DNA of 64,000 bases from an uncultured bacterium (GTDB lineage Bacteria > Acidobacteriota > Thermoanaerobaculia > Multivoradales > JAHZIX01), in assembly GCA_965368975.1 (NCBI GenBank), contig CBDUPA010000020.1:50939-114938 (forward strand). Direction: 5' to 3'. The number at the start of each line of letters is the position of its first letter. The stretch's first letter is position 1. The notes beneath the pieces were generated by a model. The model ran no database searches and was not told the DNA's origin. It saw nothing but the letters and a program-made list of their open reading frames with translations. Position numbers and translations under genes: made by a program. Shown in pieces: positions 18,911 through 28,348 of the stretch.

Positions 18911-19891
18911 ATGGGCGAACGGGACTTGCTGCGCTGGCTACGTGGGCGCGAGCCCGCCACCACCCAGCTGATCGGCGACGATGCCGCGCTGCTACCCAGC
19001 AGCGGTGCCAGTGCGGTGACCACCGATGCGCAGATCGAGGGTGTTCACTTCCCAGCGGGTCTGGAGCCGGCGATCCTGGCCCGCAGGCTGCTCGCGGTCA
19101 ATCTCTCGGATCTGGCCGCGGTGGCTGCCCGGCCGCGATACGCCTTCCTCGCGCTCGCGGCTCCCGCCCGCTTCGACCACCGGACTTTCTTCGCCGCGTT
19201 GACCCGGGCCTGCCGCCTGCAGGGAGTGCAGCTGGCGGGCGGTGATCTTGCCCGCAGCCACCGGGTGCATGCAGTCCTGACCTTGATCGGCGAACGTCCG
19301 CCGAGGGGGCGCTGGTTGCGGCGTGACCAGGCGTGCGCCGGCGACCGCCTGTGGGTCGGCGGCAACCTCGGGGAGTCGGCCCTGGGATGCTCACTTCTCG
19401 CACGCGCTGGCGGGCGGTGCGAGTTGCCCGAAGGACTGCCGGCATCCTTGCGCGCCGCGGCCCGGCGTGCGCTGCATCGTCATCTGCTGCCGGTGCCACA
19501 GGTGCAACTCGGCCGCTGGCTGGGCCGGCGTCGGCGTGCCGCCGGTCTCGATGTCTCGGATGGTCTCGGCCTCGACCTGTGGCGCCTGTGCGAAGCCAGT
19601 GGCGTCGCGGCTCGCCTCGACCTCGAAGCCGTACCGCGGCCGGAAGGTTTCGCGGACCTCTGCGACTTCCTGGGTCTCGACGCGGATGCAACCCTGCTGG
19701 GTGGAGGCGAAGACTACGTGCTGCTCTTCGCCCTGCCGCCGCGCGTGCGCCAGCCGCCGCTACGCCACTGTCGCCAGATCGGTGAAATCGTCGACTCCCC
19801 GGTGGCCCAGCCACGGATCACCGTGCGCACCGCCGAGGGCGACAGCGCACTCGACGAAGCGTCGATTCCTGGCTGGGATCACCTGGGCTAG
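18911..19891 (+). CDS. thiL: Thiamine-monophosphate kinase
   Basis: IGDDAALL, VNLSDLAA, GGD, DVSDGL, GGGEDYVLLF, GWDH. Confidence 0.9.
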   Translation: MGERDLLRWLRGREPATTQLIGDDAALLPSSGASAVTTDAQIEGVHFPAGLEPAILARRLLAVNLSDLAAVAARPRYAFLALAAPARFDHRTFFAALTRACRLQGVQLAGGDLARSHRVHAVLTLIGERPPRGRWLRRDQACAGDRLWVGGNLGESALGCSLLARAGGRCELPEGLPASLRAAARRALHRHLLPVPQVQLGRWLGRRRRAAGLDVSDGLGLDLWRLCEASGVAARLDLEAVPRPEGFADLCDFLGLDADATLLGGGEDYVLLFALPPRVRQPPLRHCRQIGEIVDSPVAQPRITVRTAEGDSALDEASIPGWDHLG

Positions 19892-19919
19892 CTCGCGAAC
19901 GAGCCAGCCCAGAGTCAGC

Positions 19920-20561
19920 TCAGCTGAGCTGGACCTTGAATCCTCGTTCGATGCGCCGGACGAGGTGCTTGAGTTGCTTCTCTAGCTCCGCGACGCGGCG
20001 CCGCAGCTCGGCGTCGACCACCGAACCAGAACCAATGGAAGCACCGCCACCAGTGCCGCTCAGTGGGCTGCGTCCACGACGCGCACGCAGCTCCTTGAAC
20101 ACTGCCACCGACTCGGGGTAGAAGCGGCGCCGGCGGCCGGTACCCTCGTACTTCAGCTTGTCGGCGTGATTCTTCACGTAGCGCACCAGCGTTGGGTAGG
20201 AGATGCCGGTGATTTCGCTGATCTCGGTCAAGGTGAGGAGATCTTTGTTGGCGCCAGCCGTTTCCTTGCGCGGACTGCGTGCCGCGGCGCGCCGTGGCCC
20301 ACCTTCTCCCTTGCGGGGACGTCCGCGCCGGCTGATGTTCTCTTCCTTGATCTGTTCGAAGACGGGTAGTGCCGACTTGGGGTACCGCTGTCGCCGCCCC
20401 TGCCCCACGGAAGGAATACGGCTCTGGTACATCTTCTTGTAGCGCTGCAGCGTCGGCATCGAGATATCCGTCAAGCGAGAGACTTCGGATAGGGTGTACA
20501 GAACGCCTTCGTCTCCGCCGGATTTTTGTTCTTCGTTGCGGCTTTCACTTGCCTCGGCCAT
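19920..20561 (-). CDS. DNA-binding protein: two MerR-like winged HTH repeats, AT-hook and C-terminal coiled coil
   Basis: Internal duplication LYTLSEVSRLTDISMPTLQRY / LLTLTEISEITGISYPTLVRY; RRGRPRK; SD AGGAGG upstream. Confidence 0.82.
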   Translation of the reverse strand: MAEASESRNEEQKSGGDEGVLYTLSEVSRLTDISMPTLQRYKKMYQSRIPSVGQGRRQRYPKSALPVFEQIKEENISRRGRPRKGEGGPRRAAARSPRKETAGANKDLLTLTEISEITGISYPTLVRYVKNHADKLKYEGTGRRRRFYPESVAVFKELRARRGRSPLSGTGGGASIGSGSVVDAELRRRVAELEKQLKHLVRRIERGFKVQLS

Positions 20562-20959
20562 GCCGATTACCTCCTGTGCGGGGGATTGTTGCGGGTATTC
20601 GCACCCTAGATCGTGCGGCTGTCCACGCTTGACACCATCCAGCGACGTCTTGTCGTGATTGTCTTTCGAGACATTAGCCGTACTCTCACTGAGACCTGGT
20701 TGTCAGAAGGAAGACCCGATTCTGATCGATCGATCCAGGAACACTGCTAACCTGAACCGCAGTCGCGGAAACCTTGCCTTCATTTCGATATCTTGAATAC
20801 GGAACTGAAGTCTCGATCACGAGAGGTCGAGATTCGTTACCGTCGGGATATAGCTACGGCTTGGATTGTTCCGATCGGAAGGAAGGAGCAACTGGAAATC
20901 GGGAGCTTCCGGCGTACCTAGAACCGACCGCATCTCTATTAGAAAAGTATCAACAACCA

Positions 20960-21018
20960 ACCGGCAGCCTGTCCGCTATTATCAAAAGGAAACCTTCTGA
21001 TGTCAACAGGCTGCCGGT
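20960..21018 (-). promoter_or_regulatory. Sigma-70 promoter (20978-21006) nested in inverted repeats
   Basis: Minus strand TTGACA-17-GATAAT; 13-bp perfect inverted repeat at 20960-20972 and 21006-21018; inner 9-3-9 dyad at 20981-21001. Confidence 0.6.
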
Positions 21019-21065
21019 GGAAAGAGAAAATTTTTTCTGTGCTGGAGGGATTATGAAGGAAAGTT

Positions 21066-21539
21066 TCAGTCGAGCGACTGCAAACAGGTCTGAAGGGCGC
21101 TGAAATCGGGCAGATCCTTGGGCGTCGGGCATTCCTCGGCGTAACGCACGATACCCTGCTTGTCGATGACGAAAGCGGCTCGCTTGGATACGCCTTTGAA
21201 CGGTCCCAGTTCCTCATAGAACACGTCGTACGCGGGGGAGACGGTCTTGTTGAAATCCGACAGCAGGTCGAAGGGCAGCTTCTCGTGCTCGGACCAGGCC
21301 GCCTGCGCGAAGGGGCTATCGATACTGATGCCGAGCACAACAGCGTTCAGTTTGCCGTACTGCTGGTAAGAGTCACGCAGGTCGCACATCTCGGTGGTGC
21401 ACACCGGGCTGAACGCGAAGGGATAGAACAAAAGGACGACGTTCTTGTCGCCGCGAAAGCTGGAGAGCTGCACGGGCTCTTCGCCTTGCGTGCCCTTGAG
21501 AGCGAAGTCGGGAGCGGTTGTGCCGGTAGCGATGGCCAT
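21066..21539 (-). CDS. Peroxiredoxin (AhpC/TSA, AhpE-like)
   Basis: FYPFAFSPVCTTEMC peroxidatic motif, LLSDF, RAAFVIDKQGIVRY. Confidence 0.9.
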   Translation of the reverse strand: MAIATGTTAPDFALKGTQGEEPVQLSSFRGDKNVVLLFYPFAFSPVCTTEMCDLRDSYQQYGKLNAVVLGISIDSPFAQAAWSEHEKLPFDLLSDFNKTVSPAYDVFYEELGPFKGVSKRAAFVIDKQGIVRYAEECPTPKDLPDFSALQTCLQSLD

Positions 21540-21719
21540 GATGTGAATCCTCCTGAACGTTGCGCCGGACGGTCTACTGTCCGACGGGTGTGGGTCTGTG
21601 TTCGTGTTGCGGTGCGATTCGTGTTGTGAGGCTAGGAGTGCAGAGCCGGATGGCTCGAAATCGGGAAGGTACGGATCGGGGTGGGAGCGGAGGGCAGATC
21701 GGTCGACCCGCGTGCGGAA

Positions 21720-22550
21720 TCATACCGGATTCTCTGTTGCTGGCGCGTCGCCGGAATCGAGCTCCTCGGACCAGGCGTCACCCAGGAAGTTCAAGGCCAT
21801 GACGGTACACAGAATGGCGAGACCGGGGAACAGCGCGATGTGCGGCGCGTCCAGCAGGTGGCCACGACCAGCGTTGATCATTGCGCCCCACGACGGTGTC
21901 GGCGGCTGGATACCCAGGCCCAGGAACGACAATCCTGCTTCCGCCAAGATGGCTCCGGCCATGCCGAGACTGGCCTGTACGGTGAGTGTCGGCAGGATGT
22001 TCGGCAGCACGTGGACACGCAGGATTCGTGGTGTAGACAGGCCGGCGGATCTAGCTGCCAGCACGAAGTCGAGGTTCTTGAGCTGCAGCGTTTGGCCGCG
22101 TGCCAGCCGCGCGTAGCCCACCCAGCCGATCGCCACCAAGGCCACCACGACATGGCGCAGGGCAGGACCCAGCACGGCAACCAGTGCGATGGCCAGCAGG
22201 ATGCCGGGGAAGGCCAGGAAGACGTCTGTCATGCGCATGAGCCAGGCGTCGATCCGGCCGCCGAAGTAGCCGGCGAGCATGCCGATGGTGGCACCGACGC
22301 TTCCCGCCAGTAGCACCACTGAGAAGCCGACGGCGAGCGATACACGGGCTCCGAACAGCAGGCGCGAGAGGATGTCGCGTCCCAGTTCGTCGAGACCCAG
22401 AGGGTGTTGCCACGACGGGCCCTCGAGGCGTCGTTCCAGCTGTTGGGCCGCGGGATCTCCGGGCGCCAGCCAGGGCGCCAGCAGGGCAGCGATCAAGGTC
22501 AACAAGAGCACCGCGGCGCCGGTGCGCAGCTTCAGCCGACCGCGACTCAC
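21720..22550 (-). CDS. Peptide/nickel ABC transporter permease (DppC/OppC-like)
   Basis: HPLGLDELGRDILSR, EAA-like loop, EAGLSFLGLGIQPPTPSWG. Confidence 0.92.
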   Translation of the reverse strand: MSRGRLKLRTGAAVLLLTLIAALLAPWLAPGDPAAQQLERRLEGPSWQHPLGLDELGRDILSRLLFGARVSLAVGFSVVLLAGSVGATIGMLAGYFGGRIDAWLMRMTDVFLAFPGILLAIALVAVLGPALRHVVVALVAIGWVGYARLARGQTLQLKNLDFVLAARSAGLSTPRILRVHVLPNILPTLTVQASLGMAGAILAEAGLSFLGLGIQPPTPSWGAMINAGRGHLLDAPHIALFPGLAILCTVMALNFLGDAWSEELDSGDAPATENPV

Positions 22551-23503
22551 GCCCCGGCCTCCACGGTTGAGCTACTGCGCTGGCGGATGCGAGGATCCAG
22601 CCAGCCGTACAGCAAGTCGGTCAGCAAATTGACGGCGACGTAAGTCCAGGCGATCAGAAGGACACCGCCCTGCAGTAATGGGTAGTCGCGCAAGCGAATC
22701 GCCTGAATGAGAAGCCTACCGAGGCCGGGCCAGGAGAAGATGGTCTCGGTGATGATGGCGCCGGTGAGCAGCGCGCCGAACTGCAAGCCGACCACCGTCA
22801 GGACCGGAATCAGCGCGTTGCGCAGTGCGTGCCGCAGCACCGCGTGGGTGCGACTGAGACCCTTGGCACGAGCCGTGTCGACGTAGGGCTTACGCAACTC
22901 TGTGAGCAGAGACGCGCGCGTCATCCGCGTGAGCAAGCCGGCGAGCGCGGTGCCCAGCGTGACCGCTGGTAACACCAGGCTGGCCGAGATACCACCGTCG
23001 GCGCGTCCCGACACCGGCAGCAGGTCCAGCTGGATCGCGAACAGCAGCATCAGCATCGGTCCGAGCCAGAAGTTGGGTAGCGATACGCCGAGCAGCGCGA
23101 AGAAGCGTGAGCCGTGATCGACGATTCCGTCGCGGTAGAGCGCTGCCAACACACCGAGCGGCAGGGCCAGCCCCAACGCTACCAGCATTGCTGCAAGCGC
23201 TAGCTCCAGCGTCGCGGGGAAGTGCTGCAGCAACACCTGGCGAACCGGCCGGTCGAAGTGCAGCGACGTTCCCAGATCGCCGTGCACCAAGCCAGCAAGG
23301 AAGCTGAAGTACTGTTCCGGCAGTGGCCGATCGAGGCCCAGCCGCTGGCGCAGTGCCTCGACATCTCCGGGCCGGGCCCCCTCCCCTAGCATCATCTCGA
23401 CCGGATCACCGGGGATCAGATGCACCAGGGAGAAGACGAGGGTCGCCACCAGCAGCGCTACCGGAATCGCCTGCAACAAGCGTCGCGCCACGAAACTCGC
23501 CAT
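22547..23503 (-). CDS. Peptide/nickel ABC transporter permease (DppB/OppB-like)
   Basis: IPGDPV, GLDRPLPEQY, TARAKGL, HALRNALIP, ETIFSWPGLG, DPRIR. Confidence 0.92.
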   Translation of the reverse strand: MASFVARRLLQAIPVALLVATLVFSLVHLIPGDPVEMMLGEGARPGDVEALRQRLGLDRPLPEQYFSFLAGLVHGDLGTSLHFDRPVRQVLLQHFPATLELALAAMLVALGLALPLGVLAALYRDGIVDHGSRFFALLGVSLPNFWLGPMLMLLFAIQLDLLPVSGRADGGISASLVLPAVTLGTALAGLLTRMTRASLLTELRKPYVDTARAKGLSRTHAVLRHALRNALIPVLTVVGLQFGALLTGAIITETIFSWPGLGRLLIQAIRLRDYPLLQGGVLLIAWTYVAVNLLTDLLYGWLDPRIRQRSSSTVEAGA

Positions 23504-23591
23504 GGGTGCACTGTAGCGCACAACCGCCGGCCCACGTACCAAGGGCCGTGATCCAGGTGCGCGCGTCGCCTCAGGCAGGCCGGGCGAACGC

Positions 23592-26500
23592 TCAGAGAAG
23601 ATCGAGCTGGCGCACCAGGTAGGACAGTGCCTGACGCGTCAGACCCAACTGCCGAGCTGCCGCGGCTTGATTGCCTCCGCTCGCCTCGAGCGCCTCGTGC
23701 ACCAGCCGCCGCCGGAAGGCCTCGACCTGCTGGTGGTAGTCCCCGCTGGGCGCGGAGGTGCCCTGGGTCTCGCCGAGGTCGAGGTGCTGCGCGGTCACGG
23801 TGCCCTCCTGCGCCAGCGCCGCCGCGACGTGCATCACATTCTGCAACTCGCGCACGTTGCCGGGCCAAGGGTACCGCCGCAACGCCTCGCGGGCGCCGGC
23901 CTCCAATGACGGAGCCTCGGCAGACGGCGTGCCGCCCCTGTCCGGGCGGCGCTCGTCGTGCAGACGGCACTGACGCAGGAAGTGCTCGGCCAGCAACAGC
24001 ACATCATCGCCGCGTTGGCGTAGCGGCGGCAGTTCGATCGCGGCTACCTTGAGGCGGAAGAAGAGATCCTGCCGGAAGCTACCCGCCTCGACCATCTCGG
24101 CCAGATCGCGGTGCGTCGCAGTGATCACCCGCACGTCGACCTTGCGCGCTTGGCTCTCACCCAGCCTCCGGATCTCGCCCTCTTGGAGCACGCGCAACAA
24201 CATGCCTTGTGCAGTGGCCGGCAAGTCGCCGATCTCATCCAGGAAGACGGTGCCGCCGCCCGCTGCCTCGAAGATACCGGCGCGTTCCTGGTCCGCGCCG
24301 GTGAAGGCGCCGCGCGCGTGGCCGAAGAGATCCGACAGCACCAGCGTCTCGGACAGCGCGGCGCAGTTCAGCGGCAGGAACTTCTCTCGGCAGCGCCGGC
24401 TCAGCCGATGCGCCCAGCGTGCCGCCAACTCTTTGCCCGTGCCGCTTTCGCCACGCAGCAGCAAGGGCAGATCACCGGCCGCCAGCAGGCGCAAGCGGTC
24501 GAGGCATCGACGCAGCTCTGGGCTGTCCCCGAGCATGCCGGCATCGCGCGCGCTGCTCCGTTCGACCCGACGGGTACCCGAGTCTGGAGGTTCCAGATCG
24601 CGCACGATCAACGCCAGAAGAGCGCGTGCGGTGTTGTCCGTCGCGGGTGTGCGCAGCTGCCAGCAGCCGGCCGGCAGGGGCCACTCGAGAACGTCAACCG
24701 AGGTCGGCGTGTCTGCTGCGCCCGAGTCACGCCGAGTCGCCGCGAGGACCCGACGTGGGGCTTCGCCGAGTCCCTGCCACCACAGTTCGGCCGCGGCGTG
24801 CCCGCAGGCAGCGAAGACGTCGCTCAGCATTCCAGGGCGATCGGCGGTGTCTGCGCGCCAGTAGCGCTCCAGTGCCTGCCACGGACCCTGGTCCCGCAGT
24901 TCCAGGTGACTCGCCGCACCATCGGCCCCGAGTCCGCGCAGCCATTGCGCGGCCCGCCGTCGTCGGCTCGGCGGAACACTGCCGGGACGCAGGAGTTCGA
25001 AGTCGAAGACCAGGCGCGCGGCGCGGAAGGGCTCCAGGTCGTCCACGATCTTCCAGGCTGTTTCCGGTAGCTCCTTTCCGGACAGCAAGCCGGTCCACAG
25101 GTCGGCGTACGGTGTGCCGGCGGCCGCCGCCAGGGCCTCGTCCAACAGACCGGCGGCAGCGAGCACAGCGGGTCTTTCTTCGGGCTCCAGCTCGCTCAGT
25201 GCCTGCTTGCCGCCTGCTTCGAGCTCTCGTGCCGCCGCCGCGGTGTGGCCAAGCCAACCATGAGCGCGGGCCGCCAGCACGCGCAGCGTTTCCGGTATCC
25301 GCCAGTCCGGTGCCAGCTGGTACAGCCGGTCCTGGGCTTCGCGCAGGTGGGCCAGGGCGGCCTCTGCCCGTCCGAGGGTCAGCTCGTAGCGCGCCCACAG
25401 GCCGTAGTCGTAGAGGCTGCTGCGCAGATTGCCTGACCGGCGACTGGCCGCGCTGCTGCGCTCCAGGCTCGCACGTACACCGCGCAACCGACCGCGCCGT
25501 AACCGGATCTCGGCCAGGTTGGCGCGGGCAATGGTGTCGCGGCGCGGGTCCTGGGTCGAGGCGAACAGGCGCTGGGTGTGACGAAATGCGCGCTCGGCTG
25601 CCGCCAGGTCTCCGCGCTGCGCCCGGCTCATGCCGAGGTCGTTCCACAACCCGGCCGCCTCGAAGCCGCGCAGCTGTCGCCGGTGGAGGCGCAACGCCTG
25701 GCTCAGCCATTCCTCGGCACCGGATGCATTGTCCTCGAGCAGTGCCTGCAAGGCGCGCACCTGATGCCAGCGCCAACCCAGCTCAGCATGGTCGCGGGCG
25801 GTTTCCACCCGCTCCAGCCAGGTGCGCAAAGCGTCGGCGTCGTCGAGGTCCCAGGCGATCTCGGCAGCGAGCAGGCCCGCCCGAAGACGCACATCGTTCT
25901 CCGACGCAGACTGGGCCAGCTCAGTGAGCGTGTCGAGCTGCTGCTGTAGCGCTGGCCGTTGTGCCATGGCCGCCAGGCACCGGCTGCCGATCTCGATCAG
26001 CTCGACGCGCTCGGCGTCGTCTGTAGGAGCCGCGCGCAGCCGTCGCACACCGTCCAGGGCCGCACCGCGCTCCCCGAGATAGTACTGACTCCAGGCGCGC
26101 AGCCGTCGGGCGGCGGCGGAGCGCGCTCCTTTCAGGTGTGTCAGCACATCCTGGAAGCGGCCAGCCTCGAACGCCTGCTGGGCCAGTAGCAGCCGCTGGG
26201 GAGCGGCGACTTTGGTGGCGGCTTTCTGGGTCATTCCATCGGTGATACTCGTGCTCGCCGCCGGTTTCTTGGAACTGGCCCGCGGACTCCAGTAACGGTC
26301 TCCTTGTTGCAGTCGCTCCAGGACCACCTCGAACGCGCCTTCCGGTGCTGCCGGCAAGCCGCGCAGCAGTGCGTCCCGTGTCGCTTTCGGGCCGACGACG
26401 GACAGCTCGCACGGCAACGGTTCAGACCCGCTTTCCTCAACACCGGGTGCAGCCGGGTAGCGCAGGAAAGCGGCGAGAGCAGTGCGTACACCAGCGAAGG

Positions 26501-26951
26501 CCGAGGTGGCCAGGAAGGGGGCTCCCTCCATGATCTGCTCGACGGCCCGGGTCGCAGGTAAGGGCGTCAAGGTCTGACGCCAGTCCTCGAGCAACCTGCG
26601 GGCGAATCCGCGTGCCTGGCCCCGTCCGCGCGGCTCACCGCCAAACAGGCTCTCCAGGAAAGCCGCCAGGCGCTTCTGCGGCAGCTCGACATCCTGCCCT
26701 GGTTCGGCACTCTCGGTCACCACCAGGCATCCAGATGAGTCGACAGCGGCGGCTGGCAGCGGCATCGTCAGGTGCCAGCCAGCACGCTGCAAGTGCGCCA
26801 TCAGTGCGGCCGCCTGGAGTACTAGCGAAATCTTCTGACGATCGCTCAGTAGCGCCTGCCCCACAGGTGTCGACGAACCACCCTCACCGTCTTTCCCGGC
26901 GCTCCGGAAGCAGCAGTGTTCGATTGCGGTGGCGGTCCGGAGTTCTGTCAT
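23592..26951 (-). CDS. Large sigma-54 enhancer-binding protein (degenerate kinase-like N-terminus, TPR-like repeats, AAA+, Fis HTH)
   Basis: GESGTGKE, LFGHARGAFTGA, FLDEIG, WPGNVREL, GNQAAAARQLGL; ATG overlaps the aroA stop (TGATG). Confidence 0.85.
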   Translation of the reverse strand: MTELRTATAIEHCCFRSAGKDGEGGSSTPVGQALLSDRQKISLVLQAAALMAHLQRAGWHLTMPLPAAAVDSSGCLVVTESAEPGQDVELPQKRLAAFLESLFGGEPRGRGQARGFARRLLEDWRQTLTPLPATRAVEQIMEGAPFLATSAFAGVRTALAAFLRYPAAPGVEESGSEPLPCELSVVGPKATRDALLRGLPAAPEGAFEVVLERLQQGDRYWSPRASSKKPAASTSITDGMTQKAATKVAAPQRLLLAQQAFEAGRFQDVLTHLKGARSAAARRLRAWSQYYLGERGAALDGVRRLRAAPTDDAERVELIEIGSRCLAAMAQRPALQQQLDTLTELAQSASENDVRLRAGLLAAEIAWDLDDADALRTWLERVETARDHAELGWRWHQVRALQALLEDNASGAEEWLSQALRLHRRQLRGFEAAGLWNDLGMSRAQRGDLAAAERAFRHTQRLFASTQDPRRDTIARANLAEIRLRRGRLRGVRASLERSSAASRRSGNLRSSLYDYGLWARYELTLGRAEAALAHLREAQDRLYQLAPDWRIPETLRVLAARAHGWLGHTAAAARELEAGGKQALSELEPEERPAVLAAAGLLDEALAAAAGTPYADLWTGLLSGKELPETAWKIVDDLEPFRAARLVFDFELLRPGSVPPSRRRRAAQWLRGLGADGAASHLELRDQGPWQALERYWRADTADRPGMLSDVFAACGHAAAELWWQGLGEAPRRVLAATRRDSGAADTPTSVDVLEWPLPAGCWQLRTPATDNTARALLALIVRDLEPPDSGTRRVERSSARDAGMLGDSPELRRCLDRLRLLAAGDLPLLLRGESGTGKELAARWAHRLSRRCREKFLPLNCAALSETLVLSDLFGHARGAFTGADQERAGIFEAAGGGTVFLDEIGDLPATAQGMLLRVLQEGEIRRLGESQARKVDVRVITATHRDLAEMVEAGSFRQDLFFRLKVAAIELPPLRQRGDDVLLLAEHFLRQCRLHDERRPDRGGTPSAEAPSLEAGAREALRRYPWPGNVRELQNVMHVAAALAQEGTVTAQHLDLGETQGTSAPSGDYHQQVEAFRRRLVHEALEASGGNQAAAARQLGLTRQALSYLVRQLDLL

Positions 26952-28348
26952 CAAGAGAGCAACCCTCCCAGGTCGCGCCAAAAGCCGGGGTAGGACTTGG
27001 CGACCACTCTGGGCTGGCGCACCACGACGCCGCCGCGCCGCAGGCCCACCAGGGCCAGACTCATAGCGATCCGGTGGTCGTCCCACGTATCGACGGCGAT
27101 AGACTCTCTAGTGTCCTCCGGGACTCCCGAAGCCCAGACGCCGGGAATCACCAGGCCGTCCTCCAGCTCTTCGACCACCGCCCCAAGCCGCCGTAGCTCT
27201 GTCGCCATGGCGCGCAGCCGGTCGCTCTCCTTGATCCGCAGGTGCGCGACGTTGCGAATGTGGGTCGTTCCCTGGGCGAACGGAGCCAGTGCGGCGAGCG
27301 TCGGCACCTGGTCCGGCATCGAGCCGAGATCGGTGTCAACCGCGCGCAGCCGTCCCGATCCATGCACCGTGACCCCGTCCTTGCCCCACGTGACCTCGGC
27401 CCCCATGCGCTCGAGCAGATCGAAGAAGCCGCGGTCGCCCTGTCGAGAGCCGCGTAGGACTCCCTCGATTGCCACCTCGCCCCCGAGTGCTGCTGCTGCC
27501 GCCGGATAGCAGGCAGCCGAAAAATCGCCCTCGACGCGCAATGGCTCCGACGGGAAGGCGAGGCCAGGTTGGACGTGGAAGTGGTCGAATCCCTGCGCCG
27601 TCTTCGAGTGCTCGATACGGCCGGCGAAGTGGCGGGCGGCGTCGAGCGTCAGGTCGAGATAGGGCGACGACGCCAGCGCTGTGACGGTGACATCGAGCGC
27701 CGCTGGGGCGCGCAAGCCAGCGAGTAGCAGGGCCGACAGGTACTGACTCGACTGGCCGGCATCGAGCCGTGTCGGGCCACCGGTGAGGCTGCCACCCTCG
27801 ATGTCTAGGGGTGGATGGCCGCTGTCGCCCAGGCAGCGGACGCGGGCGCCCAGAGGCGCCAGGGCGTCGAGCAGCGGACCCACTGGCCGTTCGCGCAGCC
27901 GCTGTGTGCCGTCCAGGCGCCAGTGACCGGGCAGGGCTGTCAAGATGCCGGTGAGCAGGCGGCACAGGGTACCGGCGTTGCCGCAGAAGAGGTCGGTGGT
28001 CTCGGTGGCGTGATCTTGTGCACCCACGGGTGCGGGCGGCGGCGTCAGCTCCGCGTCGAGCGAGTCGTGATCCGGCCGCGTCGACGTCTCGACTCCCCAA
28101 CCCGCGGCGCGCAGCACGCCGAGAAAGAGCTGGATGTCTTCAGCGTCGAGCAGCGACTCAACGCGCCGGGGCCAGCTCGACACCGCGGGATCATCGCCAG
28201 CGTTGGCGAGCCAAGTCAGCGCAAGATAGCGGTGGCTGACACTCTTCGAGGGGGGGGCCTTCACGCGACCCGCGACCCCCCGTCCGGGTTCGCTCACCGG
28301 GATCGATAGCTCCTCGGGCAGGGCGTCGAAGTGCGGGAAGTCAGCCAT
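26951..28348 (-). CDS. aroA: EPSP synthase
   Basis: PPSKSVSHR, CGNAGTLCR, SSQYLSALL, EGDFSAA, LRIKESDR, DDHRIAM, KSYPGFW. Confidence 0.95.
   Translation of the reverse strand: MADFPHFDALPEELSIPVSEPGRGVAGRVKAPPSKSVSHRYLALTWLANAGDDPAVSSWPRRVESLLDAEDIQLFLGVLRAAGWGVETSTRPDHDSLDAELTPPPAPVGAQDHATETTDLFCGNAGTLCRLLTGILTALPGHWRLDGTQRLRERPVGPLLDALAPLGARVRCLGDSGHPPLDIEGGSLTGGPTRLDAGQSSQYLSALLLAGLRAPAALDVTVTALASSPYLDLTLDAARHFAGRIEHSKTAQGFDHFHVQPGLAFPSEPLRVEGDFSAACYPAAAAALGGEVAIEGVLRGSRQGDRGFFDLLERMGAEVTWGKDGVTVHGSGRLRAVDTDLGSMPDQVPTLAALAPFAQGTTHIRNVAHLRIKESDRLRAMATELRRLGAVVEELEDGLVIPGVWASGVPEDTRESIAVDTWDDHRIAMSLALVGLRRGGVVVRQPRVVAKSYPGFWRDLGGLLS

Noticed and set aside
20562-21065. Replication origin, or the 109-aa ORF at 20774-21103
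   Set aside because: No DnaA-box cluster seen; the ORF has a TTG start, atypical codons and overlaps the peroxiredoxin end
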